A stretch of DNA of 64,000 bases from Octopus vulgaris (lineage: Eukaryota), in the NCBI GenBank assembly GCA_951406725.2, contig OX597818.1:2728001-2792000 (forward strand), written 5' to 3'. Below, in pieces: positions 38,555 to 51,789 of this stretch (position 1 is the first letter of the stretch; every line of letters begins with the position of its first letter). The notes below the pieces were generated by a model. The model saw nothing but the letters and a program-made list of their open reading frames with translations. It did no database searches and was not told the origin of the DNA. Made by a program: the position numbers and the translations under genes.

Positions 38555-39900
38555 AGATTAGTCTCTCTTCTCATTTAAAGAGTTCTAGAGTCACAGTGTG
38601 GTTTCCTCAGGAATTGCAGTACCACTGACATGATGTTGCATATGAAATTAAAGAGAAATGTTGAGAACAGCATTAAGATCTCTGCTTGATTTTCGTTGAT
38701 CTATCAAAGGCATTCAACACTTGTAAATTGTGAGTTCTGGAGTCTTCTGCAGAAGTGTTGGTGTCCACCAAAGTTTTTGCAACTCACCCAAGAATTTCAT
38801 GAGAGCATGAATGCTTGTATGGTCATTGGCAGTCGAGAATCAGACCTTTTTGATGTCAGCATTGGTGTGAAACAAGGCTGTGTACTTGTTCTGGTTCTTT
38901 TCAGCCTCTTCATCACAGTTGATACTCTCTTCATGTGGAGTGAACTTGATCCTGACAATGGAATCATGGTCACCTACTATCTGGCCGGTAGTGTTTTCAG
39001 TCTTTGATGACTCAAATCCAAATCTAAGTCTCAGACTGCCATGATCTTTGAGTTCCAGTATGCAGATGACTGTAGATTGTCAACTCATAATCAAGAATTG
39101 AAGCAGCATATCCTGAATATGATAGCAAATATTTTTCAACAACTCAGTCTGTAGGTTAACACCAAGAAAACAGAAGTAATGCAATCAACATGGTCTCCAC
39201 TCACCACCTTAGGTTCCCTCTCTTTGCATTGGTGGCAACAGTCAACATTGTGTTGCCATTCACCTACCTCAGGTTCATCTTGTCTAACAATTGTTCTAAT
39301 GATGAGGAGGTCCAATGTCAAATACAGAAGGCATCTACAGCTTTTGGTTATTTTTGGACCAGTGTTCTCCAACAAGAATCTGATCATTCCTACAAAATTT
39401 GCTGTGTTTCAGTCCTTCATTTTATCTATTCTTTTATATGGTGTGGAAACATTGATGGTTTACTGCAAGCACCCAAAGATTCTTGAATCCTTTCACATCA
39501 GGTTTCCAACACATCTTGGACATCTCATGGGAAGACAGGGATTCTCATTGAACCATCTTGGAATGCTGTAACTTTGCTGGGCTGGCCATCTCATCAGGAT
39601 GCCCCTCCCCTTCTGCCTATTCCATATAGTCTTCTACAGGGAATTGACTAAAGACCAACAATCCATTGGAAGACAGAGAAAGAGATACAAAGTTCTAGTT
39701 GCTGCCACCCTATGGAAATGTAATAGTCCTCCTATGTATCTGGAAAGTCTTGCTGTGAATCACCTGCTGTCAAGCTCATGAAACTACCAAGATAAGGTAT
39801 CATCAACCAGCTCATGTGGAAAACTCTGCTACTTGGCTTTTGGTCTCTGCTTACATCAGCGTGTTTACAAACTGCATTAACATCAACTTGAAGGGATGTA
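38555..39900 (+). mobile_element. Decayed RTE/BovB-like LINE, 3' part
   Basis: FVDLSKAF, KCWCPPKFL, VSIGVKQGCVL, FQYADD and FTYLR remnants. Confidence 0.8.
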
Positions 39901-41234
39901 ATCTTCTTTGGAACTGAGAAACCTCCATGCATTCCCTTTCTATTAACATCTGCTATTCCACATATGCTATTTGCCCAAGTTTGAGGAATAAATTCTTGGA
40001 AGAGAAAAACTATTTATAAAAATATAATGGCCTAAAAAAAAAAAACATTAAGGTTCCATCAAGTCAATTACAACTCCACTTCCAAGGTTTAATTCAATCA
40101 TTTTTCCTCTAAGTCATTTATGTAATCATTGTGTGAATCAGCATGAGCCCAAACTTTTTTCCTACCTTCATAGGTTCTGAGGATCTGTTACCTGCTTTTA
40201 AAAGAGCTCCTACACCCAAATAATAGCCTCATCAATGGAAACTTCTATTTATGTATTATGAGATTCTCCGAAAAATCCTTTTACCATTTTTTCATGAAAA
40301 AGTCTTATCTTGTTTAGGATTGTTTTTTTAGGATTTTTCCATATGTACTTGTTAAATGAATAAACATTTTCATTGATACTGAATACTCAGTAAAACAAGT
40401 TATTGATAAAGTACACATCATGAGCTTTTGTTCATCACACTCATATATCCAGGAAAGTTTTTCATCTTCCTTTTATTTATATTTTGCAATCTTCCATGAG
40501 GGCTGGCACTAGAAACCTGCAACATTTTAGGCTGCTACAAATGGCTCTTTGAAATTTTTATAGAATCATTATCATTAAGTGATGATGATGATGATGATTC
40601 TATGAGCAAACAGAAATAATTTTCAGTGGCAATTTTAGCATTATTCAAACCAGCAAGTGCTAGTTGGGTCTATAGAAATGTCATTTATTAGCCCTCCATT
40701 AGTAATGTAACAACCAGGTATGGATTAATTTTGTATTTGGTTTGATTTTGCCAGACTTTAATAATTAATTTTCACTTTTGTATTTGGTATCTTGGATTTT
40801 TAAAAATTAACTTTTCTAAAGTTCTGTTGTTGTTTTGGGTTTATTGTTAGCTTTGTTTGTAGTTTATTTGTCTTGGTCTATTGCCTAACAATTTTTGTAA
40901 AAGTTTTATTGGGTATAATTAAGCAATTATGTCAGAACTGTTTTCTAAAGGTGATGTTCAGAAAAGATTTACACCTTGCATACAATTCTTACAAACTCTT
41001 ATAGCTATCCTGAATTGAAAGATTCCAATTGGCTGGTAAAGTTGCATTTTATGGTAGACATGACAAGTCATTTTAACTTGCTTAGCAAAAATTTTATAGG
41101 AAAAGAATATATTCCTCTTGAGTGATTCAGAATCAGTTGGGAATTTGAATTCAAATTCTTTGTGAAAGACACCAAAGACTACAGACTAGCTTATTTTATC
41201 TCACTTAGAAACTTTAGCAAAAGAAGAAATAATA

Positions 41235-41375
41235 TTGGTTTCAAATTTTGGCACAAGGCCAATTTCAGTGCTCAATTGGTGCTTATTTTATTGACCCAGA
41301 AAGGATGAAAGACTAATAAAATACCGCAAAGTGTTTTGCCTGACGTACTAACGATTCTGCCAGCTTGCTACCTTA
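41235..41375 (-). mobile_element. Short SINE of the second family with a probable TSD
   Basis: Homologous to 22351-22481; GAAATAATATT occurs on both sides (41225 and 41382). Confidence 0.6.
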
Positions 41376-42377
41376 AAAGGAGAAATAATATTAATAAACG
41401 TTAATTACAGCAAGCCATCATAAATATATAAAATGAATTCTGTAAATAGTTTACAATCTTCAAAAAGAAATAAGTGACTTTAACATTCTTTATAACATCC
41501 TTTGATTTTTGAATATCACAAATATCAGCCAAATGATGCTTAGGCTCTGTTTTTCCCCCCACATCCTAAGACCATAAATAGGGTGTAAGTGACATGAGAA
41601 AACCAGATAGGTGCCAGTAAATGAAGTAATTACATAATAGCATTCTATATTGGAAATAGCTTAGTTAGGCATCTGTAGAGGACAGCATTATTTTTCTGAA
41701 AAAAATTGTTTTAACTTATAAATACATATTCAACAAAAGTGCATTGCAGGAGGACCCACCCATTTGAAATAGTTTGTATTTTAAACTTTGTAAAGCTGTT
41801 TGTTACCCAAAAGAACTTGTGCAGTGCTTATTCTTAACATCATGACTGCCATATACAATAGCTACGTGACTGGTCTTGGAGATGATAGTATATTTGAACT
41901 TACAGTCAGTTTATGGTTAAACAACCATCACAAATCAAGTTAATATAAAATTTAAATATGCTGGAGAAACATAGCATCAATGTAATCTGAGAAAGGTAGT
42001 GCTTTTTCAATTTTTGAAGTAAGAGTACCATTCACATTGAGTAAAAGTTCAACTTCACATGGGAATTTCATCTCATGATGAAATTTTGCTAAAGTTCCAT
42101 CTGTAATATTCTTTTACTTAAAAAAAATGGAATGCAGTATTGATTATTGTTCATCAGGATTAAATTTACATTACATTTATTCATTCAAATGGTTGTGTAA
42201 GAAATAAGATAAAAAAAATGAATGCATTGTCAACAACTGGCAACACATATTTTCTCAAAATTACATATGAAAAGCAATTGTGTGTAGAGATCAACATTTG
42301 TACTTTTCAAATATTTTATGTACAACACCTATTTTCTCATTTTAAACCATTTTCTATGTATTTATAATTTATTTCAG

Positions 42378-42507
42378 AAAATTTTCAGACATTGGTTCTA
42401 CTGTGTTTCATCAGTATACTGGAGGTGTTTATCTTATTTCCAGTTGGGCTCACTTAGTAAATGCACATTCTGTACCAGGGGATGGTGTAATTAAGGGCTT
42501 GAAAAAG
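42378..42507 (+). CDS. UMPS: UMP synthase internal exon E (ODC catalytic DxKxxDIG motif)
   Basis: tttcag| acceptor and |gtaagt donor. Translates (R)[43 protein letters not shown]; splicing to exon D gives FEDRKFSDIG. Confidence 0.96.
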
Positions 42508-42966
42508 GTAAGTATAGGAAGCTAGCATCAAATTATACCACTTCACATTTATTATGAAATAACTAATTTACTACTTTTACTAACTCTGGGATCATTCTAG
42601 ATATCGCATAGAAATCCAGATATCTATAATCCATATGTTGACAGAAATAGAAATCACAATATCAGGTGGTTATAAAAGTTGCAATTGCATGATATTGAAA
42701 GCATTACAAGTTTAAAATACTTAATAGTTATCTTTTATTATCATATTTCTAACTAAAATATACTCCTAAATGTTTCAATTAAATTTTTTAAAATCTTGAA
42801 TTCTGATTCATAAAATAACTGGAACTTTTTTTTATTCATTGACATATGAAAATGTAGTTTTTAGAACACAATAAACTATACTTAAATTTGTTGCATAATT
42901 TTTGATTCAAAGTGAATCTACTTATAAGTAAATTCAGTAAAACAAAATTATTTAAATCTTGTTAAA

Positions 42967-44256
42967 CCCTTTCGTTACTATATTTCTGACCAAAATACAC
43001 CCCTTATGTGTTTCAATTAATTTCTAACATAATCATAAATTTAGTCTGGTTTCATTAAACAACTATAACTTTTTTATTTATCAATATATTAATGCGATTT
43101 TTGGAAGATAATTTAATGAAATGTTCTCAACCAATTCTATACTATAATTTTTGTCACAAAGTGACTCTAATTGCAGGTAGATACAGGTAAATTCAACAAA
43201 ATATAAAATATATAAATATTATTATGGGTATCAGAAAGTTACCCAGAATAACAAATTCTATCGTAAAATTTTGTTGTATACCCAATTGAATATTAGCTAA
43301 TAACCCATTTTCTATAGCGATGTTTGAACAAAATTTTAATAATTTTATATTTTGTTGAATTTACCTGTATCTACCTGCAATTAGAGTCACTTTGTGACAA
43401 AAATTATTGTATAGAATTGGTTGAGAACATTTCATTAAATTATCTTCCAAAAATCGCATTAATATATTGATAAATAAAAGAGTTATAGTTGTTTAATGAA
43501 ACCAGACTAAATTTATGATTATGTAGGAAATTAATTGAAACACATAAGGGGTGTATTTTGGTCAGAAATAGTCTTAATTTCATTTAAGGTTGTGGGAAAC
43601 CACTAACTATCCTTTCTTTCGCTTTGTTTACATTTAGCGTAACGGTTCGTTTCCACCGTAATGATTTCAAATAGGCTCATTCGAAAAAGTAAAAAGAAAT
43701 AGTTTAAGGCTTTACTCTCCTGGGAAAGTCTGTGGCTTGGTCCAGTTTCTTCAGAAAAATCACCGAAAGAAACAGTTTTTAAATTTTCACTCCATTCAGG
43801 TGCCAATTCATTTTCTTTATCGCAGTCGGAGCTCTCGGATTCACTGTTTTCACTTTCGGAAAATGAAACATCAGATTCATTATCAAATACCATGTGCTTT
43901 TTTTTTTTCAGTCATAGAGTTAGATTTATCAAGGTCTTCAGTAGAAAACCCTTCGAATTCTGACTCGCTGCTTGATATAATGAAATTCGTATCCATTTTT
44001 TGTCAGAATTACAAATTTTGAAAACACAATAGGAACAAATTTCGGAAAAAAAATCTCCCAAAATTCACGGAATTAAAATTACACTTCGATCATTGTACAA
44101 AACTGTAGATGAACTGTTTACGAAGTATAATCAGTGTTTTCACGAATGTACTAAAGAGATTTGCTCTGATATTCTCATTTAAATATGAATAGGTAAATAC
44201 GGGCGGTTTGGTCACATTAACCAAAATTTTTTTCGGGCGGTTTGGTAACAAAAGGG
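42967..44256 (-). mobile_element. Non-autonomous piggyBac derivative (subfamily B) with an internal inverted duplication, nested in an older relative
   Basis: TTAAA|CCCTTTCGTTAC ... GTAACAAAAGGG|TTAA. The flanks (42735-42960 and 44261-44430) are a decayed left end of the same family. Confidence 0.9.
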
Positions 44257-45008
44257 TTAAGCATCATAATTTTAAATGAGATTTTAGCTAATATTCAACT
44301 ATGTATACTTCAAAATTGTAATATGAAACTGTAATAAGAATTGTGCATATTATTGACTTTTGAATTGAACTTAAATGCATAAAAGCAGATGCATCATAAA
44401 CATAAAATAGCAGGAAATACTGGAATTTAATTTTGAGCAAAGCCACAAAATTGAATATATTCACTAATACACACATGCAGTAATGATTTATTGATATAAT
44501 TATTCAAAACTTGTCACCTCACTTTACACCACCACCACCACCATCATCACTTAACATCCATCTTCCATGCTGACAGGAGATGTTAAGCCAGAAGGCTGCA
44601 CCAAGCTCTACTGTCTGTTTTGACATGATTTTTATGACCAGATGCCCTTCCTAATGCCAACCATTTGATAGAGTGTACTGGGTTCTTTTCATGTGACACC
44701 AGCACCGGTGACGTTGCTTTGGCATTGTTTTTACTGCTAAATGCCAATCACATTACAGTATGGACTTTTTATGCAGCACTAGCACTGACAAGGTCACCAA
44801 GTAACTTGCAAGACAAAGTTCCTTTGAGAGGTAGAGGGATATTGGAAGAGGTGGATTTCTGCCAGGTGATGAGAGGTTAGAGTGTGACAGAGGGACAGAA
44901 ACAGGTGTCTTGCTGTAGAGGAGATTCATGGTTACCTCAGTCAAAGAAAGAGAAAGTGAATGGGTGAAAGAGAGTCAGAGAGATGGTGGTGATGTGCCAG
45001 TGTGCGAA

Positions 45009-46045
45009 TCTCTCTCTATATAAACGGCAGTTTGTCTGTCTGCGTGTCTGTGTGTCTGTTAGGTTGTACCCTCACCCTGACCACGGCTTTCAACCGATTC
45101 TGATGAAACTCGACACACACATAGCCCAATGTCATAATTCAAAACTAATGCAGCGAAAATTTTGAAAAGTTCCCCCAGTTCTGGAAAAAATCGATAAATT
45201 CGACATGGGGTCGAGAATCAGAAACACAAACCACAGACTGTCTAAGGGACGTAACTCGACCTTTTTAACTCTCAACTCCATCAATATCCAGCTACTTGAA
45301 GCTATTCCCGGTACAGACTGTCTAGGGGACGCAACTCAACCTTTTTAACTCTCAACTCCATCAATATCCAGCTACTTGAAGCTATTCCTGGTAATGTCCA
45401 CGTCTACAAATCTATTGATAGGACAGCAGACCCCGCCGAGCTTGCCGATTATCCTGTTGAATTCCTGAATTCACTTGAACCGCCAGGCCTGCCGCCACAC
45501 ATCCTGAAGTTAAAAGTCGGTGCGCCCATTATGCTCATCAGGAATTTGGTTCCATCTAAACAGTGCAATGGCACATGTCTCGTGAAACATTTGCCAGCAC
45601 ATTTAATAACGGCCACAATGCTTACCGGTTGTGGGAAGGGAGAGGACGTCTTCATTCTACACATGCACCTTCAACCATCGGGCGCTGACCTACCAATCCA
45701 CTTAAGGCGTTCTCAGTTTCCTGTTAAACTCTGCTTCACAATGTCCATCAATAAATCCCAAGGCCAAACGCTACAAGTTGCTGGGTTACAGTTGGGCGAA
45801 CAGTGCTTCGCCCACGGTCAACTCTACGTGGGCTGTTCACGCATTGGGAGGCGCAATGATGTTTTCATGTTTTCGCCCAAAGGGACAGCTAGGAACATCA
45901 TATACACAGAAGTATTCGAGTGAAGAGAAGACATTGCAACCTACACATGCGCCTTTGTTCCCTAGAGGGAAAGGACTAGATTGGGATTAGTCGTTGCCTA
46001 CTAGGGGCTCTTACATACCCGGGCAACGCCGGGCTATGCTGCTAG
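45009..46045 (+). mobile_element. Non-autonomous Helitron with a PIF1 helicase C-terminal fragment
   Basis: A|TC 5' end, 3' hairpin CCCGGGCAACGCCGGG and CTAG|T, no TSD. Open frame 45360-45923 contains YPVEFLNSL.PPGLPPH.L.LKVG.PIML.RNL, QFPVKLCF.MSINKSQGQTL and HGQLYV..SR. An 80-bp internal direct repeat lies at 45234/45314. Confidence 0.93.
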
Positions 46046-46434
46046 TGAGAATATAAATGGGATGGTAGAGCACTGCCAAGGGTGCACAAGCTGGAAGTTC
46101 ATGTGAATGCAAAGAGGTGGGAAGGGGGATGTTTTGTCTGAAATTAATCAACATTGGACAAGTGTGTTTTCATTTTATATTGGACTTAAACTTTTTTGAT
46201 TTCTTTCATATTTTATAATTGTGACTCTAATTACTTAAGAATCACTTTTTCAGTCCTCAACTTACACTCAAAACACCTGGATGGTGTAAAATATACATAC
46301 AGACAGATGTGTGAGTGTGCACATGTGTGTATATGTGTGTGTGGGTGTACATATGCAATGTGTGTATTTATAATATATATATGTGAGTAGGTGGATGGGT
46401 GGATAGATGTGTATGTACCTGTGTGTGTGTGTGT

Positions 46435-47570
46435 ATCATCATCATCATTTAACATCCATTATCTATGCAGGCATGGATTGGGTGGTGTGACCAGAGCTGG
46501 CAAGCTGGGGGGGGGTACACCAGATTCCAGTCTTATTTGGTGTGGTTTCTACAACTAGATGCCCTTCCTAATGCCAACCACTTTACAGAGTGTGGTGGAT
46601 GCTTTTATGTGGCACCACACAGGTGCTTTTACATGTGGCCACATGGACGCTTTTATGTGTTGCTGCATGGGCTCTTTTACATGGCATCACACAGGTGCTT
46701 TTGCGTGGCGCTACCATGAGTTCTTTACACCACCAGAAGGATCAGTCTTAACACTCCTGCTGTGGGGTATGGGTCTTCTTGAGTATGGCCAGGTATCTCA
46801 ATCCTTTGTCATCTCATCTGAAAGGTCTAGCTTCCTGAGGTTGTTTTTCAGTACTTCATCCTGTCTTCATGGAACTGTTGGCATCCATCCACATCATATG
46901 CCCAAACCAGTGCAGTTTCCTGTCTTGTACAAACCAATTCCTCTTATGCCTAACTTCTCTCTCAGAACACTGGCACTTTGTTCAACATGTACACTTACAT
47001 TACACATTCAGTGGAGCATACTAGCCTCATTCCTTTCTAACCATTGCATGTCCTGTGCATTCAGGACCCATGTCTGTAGAATTGTTGTCTGTATACATGC
47101 ATCATACAATCTTTGTTTCACTCGGAGAGAGAGAGAAACCTTTCATGGCCAGGAGAGGTAGCAGCTCCCTGAATTTCTTCCATCCTATTCTTATTCTAGC
47201 TGTTACATATTGTGCATCTTCCCCCATTACTAATTTGGTCCTCTTGGTAGCAGAAATTATCTACTACATCTAATGATCCACCAGGGCATTTGAGAGAATC
47301 AGTTTCCCAAGACTCTAAAGTTTTTAAGGTTCCCCTGCATCTTCCAAATAACCCATTGCATCTCTTGTAAGTCCATAGCTTGCACTGGGCACATTGTATG
47401 GAGTTCCTGCCTACACCTTTCCTACAAAGTGAAAGGGCCACCTACCAGGGTGGGATAGAGTCCTGTCAGTTTTCTTACTTACTAGGACCTTAGTCTTTGC
47501 TAAGTTAACCATAGGGCCCTTAGATTCCAGGTTTTTCTTCCACACCTAGAATTTTTCATCTAGCTTTGAT
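46435..47570 (-). mobile_element. Decayed RTE LINE 3' portion
   Basis: (GAT)n tail, 3' UTR units and a CRKGVGRNSIQCAQCKLWT PHD remnant. Confidence 0.8.
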
Positions 47571-48604
47571 ATGGAATCCACATACACACACACACATATA
47601 GCTTTATGTATGTGTATATTTACAAGCGTGTTAGTATGTATATAGTGGGAGAGAGAGAGAAGCTTTCAGTGTATGTGTAAGTGTATTCTTTTATTCTTTT
47701 ACTTGTATCAGTCATTTGACTGCAGCCACGCTGAAGCACTACCTTCAAGGGTTTTGGTTGAGAAAATTGACCCCAGGACTTATTTCTTAAAGCCTAGTAC
47801 TTATTGTATCGTCTCTTTTTCCAAACTGCTAAGTTACAGGGATGTAAACACACCAACACCGATTGTCAAGCAGTGATGGCAGGGCAAACACTGACACAAA
47901 GACACACACACACATATACATTCTTTTATTTGTTTCAGTTAGTGCTGGAGCACCACCTTAAGGATTTTAGTTGACTTATTCTTTGTAAGCCTAGTACTTA
48001 TTCTATCAGTCTTTTGCTAAACTGCTAAGTTATTGGGACATAAACACACCAATGTGGTTGGAGAGGAAGCTTCTTACCACACAGTCATGCTTGTGCCCCT
48101 GTGTGTGTGCATTTTACAAACATATTAATATGTATGTAATAGGAGAGGGAGTGAGAGAGAGAGAGAGAGATGCTTTGAAAAACAATGACATTGTAAGGTT
48201 ATCTTCAATGCTATAAAGAACCAAATTCATCTCAACAACAAGGGGCTTCAACAGAAGCCCCCTTTTCTGTCTTCCTTATCCTTCTTCTGGTCTTTCCTTT
48301 CTTTAAGAAATAGAATTAATATCTTGAAAGGCATCAACTGCCTGTAGGAGGGTTGCAGGTCACAGACCATCCCCAAATACTTTCTTTTTTTCTTTCTTTC
48401 TTTTTTCTTCTTTTTTCTGTCCTTTCTGTCTTCATCTCCTCTCTTCTTTTCTCTTCTCTCTTTCTCCTTTTCTAAACAAAACAAAACATCTTTTAAATTT
48501 CTATAAAAGGCAAAGGAATGTTTTGTAAAACTCATATCTGAAGAGTCTCCATGAATGAGAATATTTACATTACTTCCTTCCATCCATGCATGCATGTATG
48601 TATG

Positions 48605-51410
48605 TATGCCAGCATGAGTTAGATGGTTTGACTGGAACTGGTAGACTAGAAGAGCTGCACTAGGCTCCTGTCTGTTTTGGATTGGTTTCTATGGCTGGAT
48701 GCCCTTCCTAATGCCAACCACTCCACAGAGTGTGCTGAGTGACTTTCACATGTCATGGCCATGGATGCCTTTTACTTGTCACCAACACTGGCCATGATTA
48801 TGATTTCACTTAGCTTGATGTAACTTTTGAAGCATAGCAACTCCCCAAAAGTCTTGGTCACTTGTCATCACCTGCATGAGGCTCAACATCCAAAGATCAT
48901 ATTTTACCACCTCATCCCATGTCTTCCTGAGTCTCCTTCCACACTTAGAGATCAGCACTTCTTTATGCAGCTGTCCTCATCCATATGCATTACATGACCA
49001 TACCAGTGCAGTCTTCTCTCTTACACTCTGTCTGATGCTACTTATACCCAATTTTCTTCTTCAGACAGTTACACTCCTCTGTGGTATGTGCACATCCAGC
49101 AGAGTGTACTAGCTTCATTTCTTTTGAGCCTTCACATGTCCTCTGCAGCTAAAGCCCATGTTTCACTACCATGTTGCATGGCTGTTCACACATGGGCATC
49201 ATAAAATCCACCTTTCACTCTGAATGAGAAGCCCTTTGTTACCAACAAAGGTAGCAGCTCTCCGAACTTCACCCAGCCCATTCTTATTTTGGCAGGTACA
49301 TCCTTGGTCACCTAGGTAAAGGAAGCTATCTACAGAGAATGGCATATGCCAATGTGGAAAGGTTGCAATACTGAAACATATTCTTTCCAACTGTTCATTA
49401 GCATTGAACAGGTATACATGGAGACACAACTTGGTCCTTAAGGTTATCTTCAATGCTATAAAGAACCAAATTCATCTCAACAACACTGAGAAAAAAACCG
49501 TTGAAAGTACCATCTAGAGATTTTGTTACCTTCGTGCGATCAGGTCAGTGGATCCGTTTCAAGAAGAAGAACAAGAAACTTCCTGTGAGAGACAAAAAGT
49601 GGAATGGCTATTGAGAAGTGACTGCAGATTTACCTGGGTACCAGGGATTCTTTCCCATCCCAGTTACGAAAAAACTAGACATTTTGGTGTGGTATGAAAG
49701 AAGGAAAGTTGTAAATCTAGTCAAGTTAACGGTTCCTCATGAAGATAACATGGACGCTGCCCAGGCTTGAAAGATTGACTGTTATGTAAACCTCCTCAAG
49801 GAATGTGAAGATACAGGCTGGAAAGCAGAGCATTTTCCAATCGAAGTTGGATGTAGAGGGTTTGTTGGACACTGTGCGACAACTGTTGTTATCGTTAGGC
49901 CTAACTCATCGTAAACCATGACCGATATCCAAACTAGGCTAGCCACTGGATTTGGTTAAAAAGAGACGATGAGCGATGGCTAGAAGAATATTGAGCTTTG
50001 TTTGATAACCAGTTGATCTAGCAAGCAGGGCCTCATATCAGTGATGGGGGCCGGTGTGCATTGATGCCATCAAGAGGTAGGCCCCAAAATGGCGCGCATT
50101 CTCTCCTGATGACCCCATACACTTGCTGGCTTCCGGTATGCGGAGTTTTTGACTGGTAGCACTTGCATGTGCAAGTTGTTTGCAAAACATTTTGGCAGGT
50201 ACATCCTTGGTCACCTAGGTAATGGAAGCTATCTACTACTTCTAAATATTCCACTGGGTAATTTCATGAAGTCTATTCTTTGTACATTCCTAGTGCCACA
50301 TCTGCCAAATACAAAGACTGCTTTCTTTGTTAACCTTCCTCTGATACTGCTGCATGACTTATGTGTCCATAGTTTGCACTGGGTACACCTCTACATATTG
50401 AGCAGGAACATCTCCCTGAAGGGATTAGTGATTTGTCAGTCTTCCTATTTACTAAGACTTTGATTTTATTCCAGACCTTGTTTCTACACCTAAAATTTGA
50501 TTTTATTCCAGACCTTGCTTCTACACCTGAAATTTCTCCTCTAATTCTAGTTGTGATTCAGCTATAAGAGCAGGATCATTAGCATAGGGGAGCCCCCAAA
50601 GGTAACCCATCTTAAATTCCTTTGTTACAGTCTGGGGACTATGATGAACAAGAGGAAGCTGAGAACCACTCTCTGGCAAACTTCAACCTGTACACCGAAT
50701 TCATTGATATACTTGTTCCTGACATCATCCCTGTGCATGGCTTGTATGGCTCTTAACAACCACTCATCTATCCCTAGCTTCTACATTGACCACCAGATAA
50801 TGGAGTGGAGGACCTTGTCAAAGGCTTTCTCCATATCAAGAAAAACCAGGTACAGAAGTTTATTTTTGGCTAAGTACTTGTGCTGCAGCTGCCTTACCAG
50901 GAATATAGCATCAGTAGTGCTTCTCCAAGGCACAAAATCAAAGTATGTCTTATCTAGACTAACTCTCTTCCTAATTAGTAGAGCTATGACCCTCTGAAAC
51001 TTTCATCACCTGATCCAACAATTTGATACTTCTGTAATATTTCTGTCTGCAGCGTCTCCTTTACTTTTGTAGTTACACCAGTCATTGGGTATAACTCCCT
51101 TGTGGACAACTGATTAACTATATAGGTGACTAGACCGTATCCCACTCCACCAGATATTTTAAGTGTCTCAGCAGTGATTCCTGATGGGCTTTCCCTGTCT
51201 TCATATCCTTCATGGCTTTATCTAGCAATCTACTGTCTATTTGGATAGCTGTTCCCTCTGTTGTGTCCAAATTGGGCAGACTCTCCTTCTCTCATGTGTT
51301 CTCCACATTTAGTAGCCTTTGAAAGTAGCGCTTCCAAGCCTCTTTCTTTGCAGAATCACTAACTGCAAGTGAACCATCATCCATGCAAATGCAATTGTCT
51401 CCTACAACAT
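48605..51410 (-). mobile_element. Decayed RTE LINE (RT to 3' UTR), interrupted at 49333
   Basis: Homologous to 17260-19600 on the same strand, with many stops. Confidence 0.82.
49334..50188 (+). mobile_element. 5'-truncated non-LTR retrotransposon with a restriction-like endonuclease (R4/HERO/NeSL-like)
   Basis: LKHILSNCSLALNRYTWRHNLVL (zinc knuckle plus RHN) and LDILVW...LTVPHEDN..AA...K...Y..L...C...GWKAEHFPIEVGCRGF. Flanked by 48-bp direct repeats. Confidence 0.82.
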
Positions 51411-51789
51411 ATGATAAGTGAGATTAAATTAAATTAAAGGCTGGTTAGTATTAACAGGGTATAAACGCAAATAGGTGGATGATGTACAATTAAAGTTGAA
51501 GAAACAGCTGGTCAGTTTGTCACACATGGGAGAAGGTAGTAGGCAGATGCATGTGTATATATGTATGTATGTGTGTATGGTTATCATCATTATTATTTAG
51601 TCCAAAGCACTTTGACATGACATCTTTATGCCATTTACTACTAATTCTTTCCACTGCTAAAACTCTTAACCACACCCTGACACCTATTGAAAAGTATTTC
51701 ATTATGGAATTCAGTATTGAATCCCTAAAGGACTTCCCTGTGATGGGGAAGGAGTGTACCGGTGTGAACAAGGATATACAAAGAAAAAC

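Noticed and set aside
40090-41210. Possible very old Penelope RT/endonuclease remnants (also about 8050-8750 and 23040-23510) and weak hammerhead-like cores near 9540-9590 and 54430-54490
   Set aside because: Too decayed to support a call by eye; needs TBLASTN or HMM searches.
45531-45923. Host PIF1 helicase gene
   Set aside because: It is an intronless partial frame bounded by Helitron termini.
48242-48266. Rho-independent terminator-like hairpin GGGGCTTC/GAAGCCCC followed by T
   Set aside because: It sits in a eukaryotic intron and is probably part of a retroelement 3' UTR fragment.
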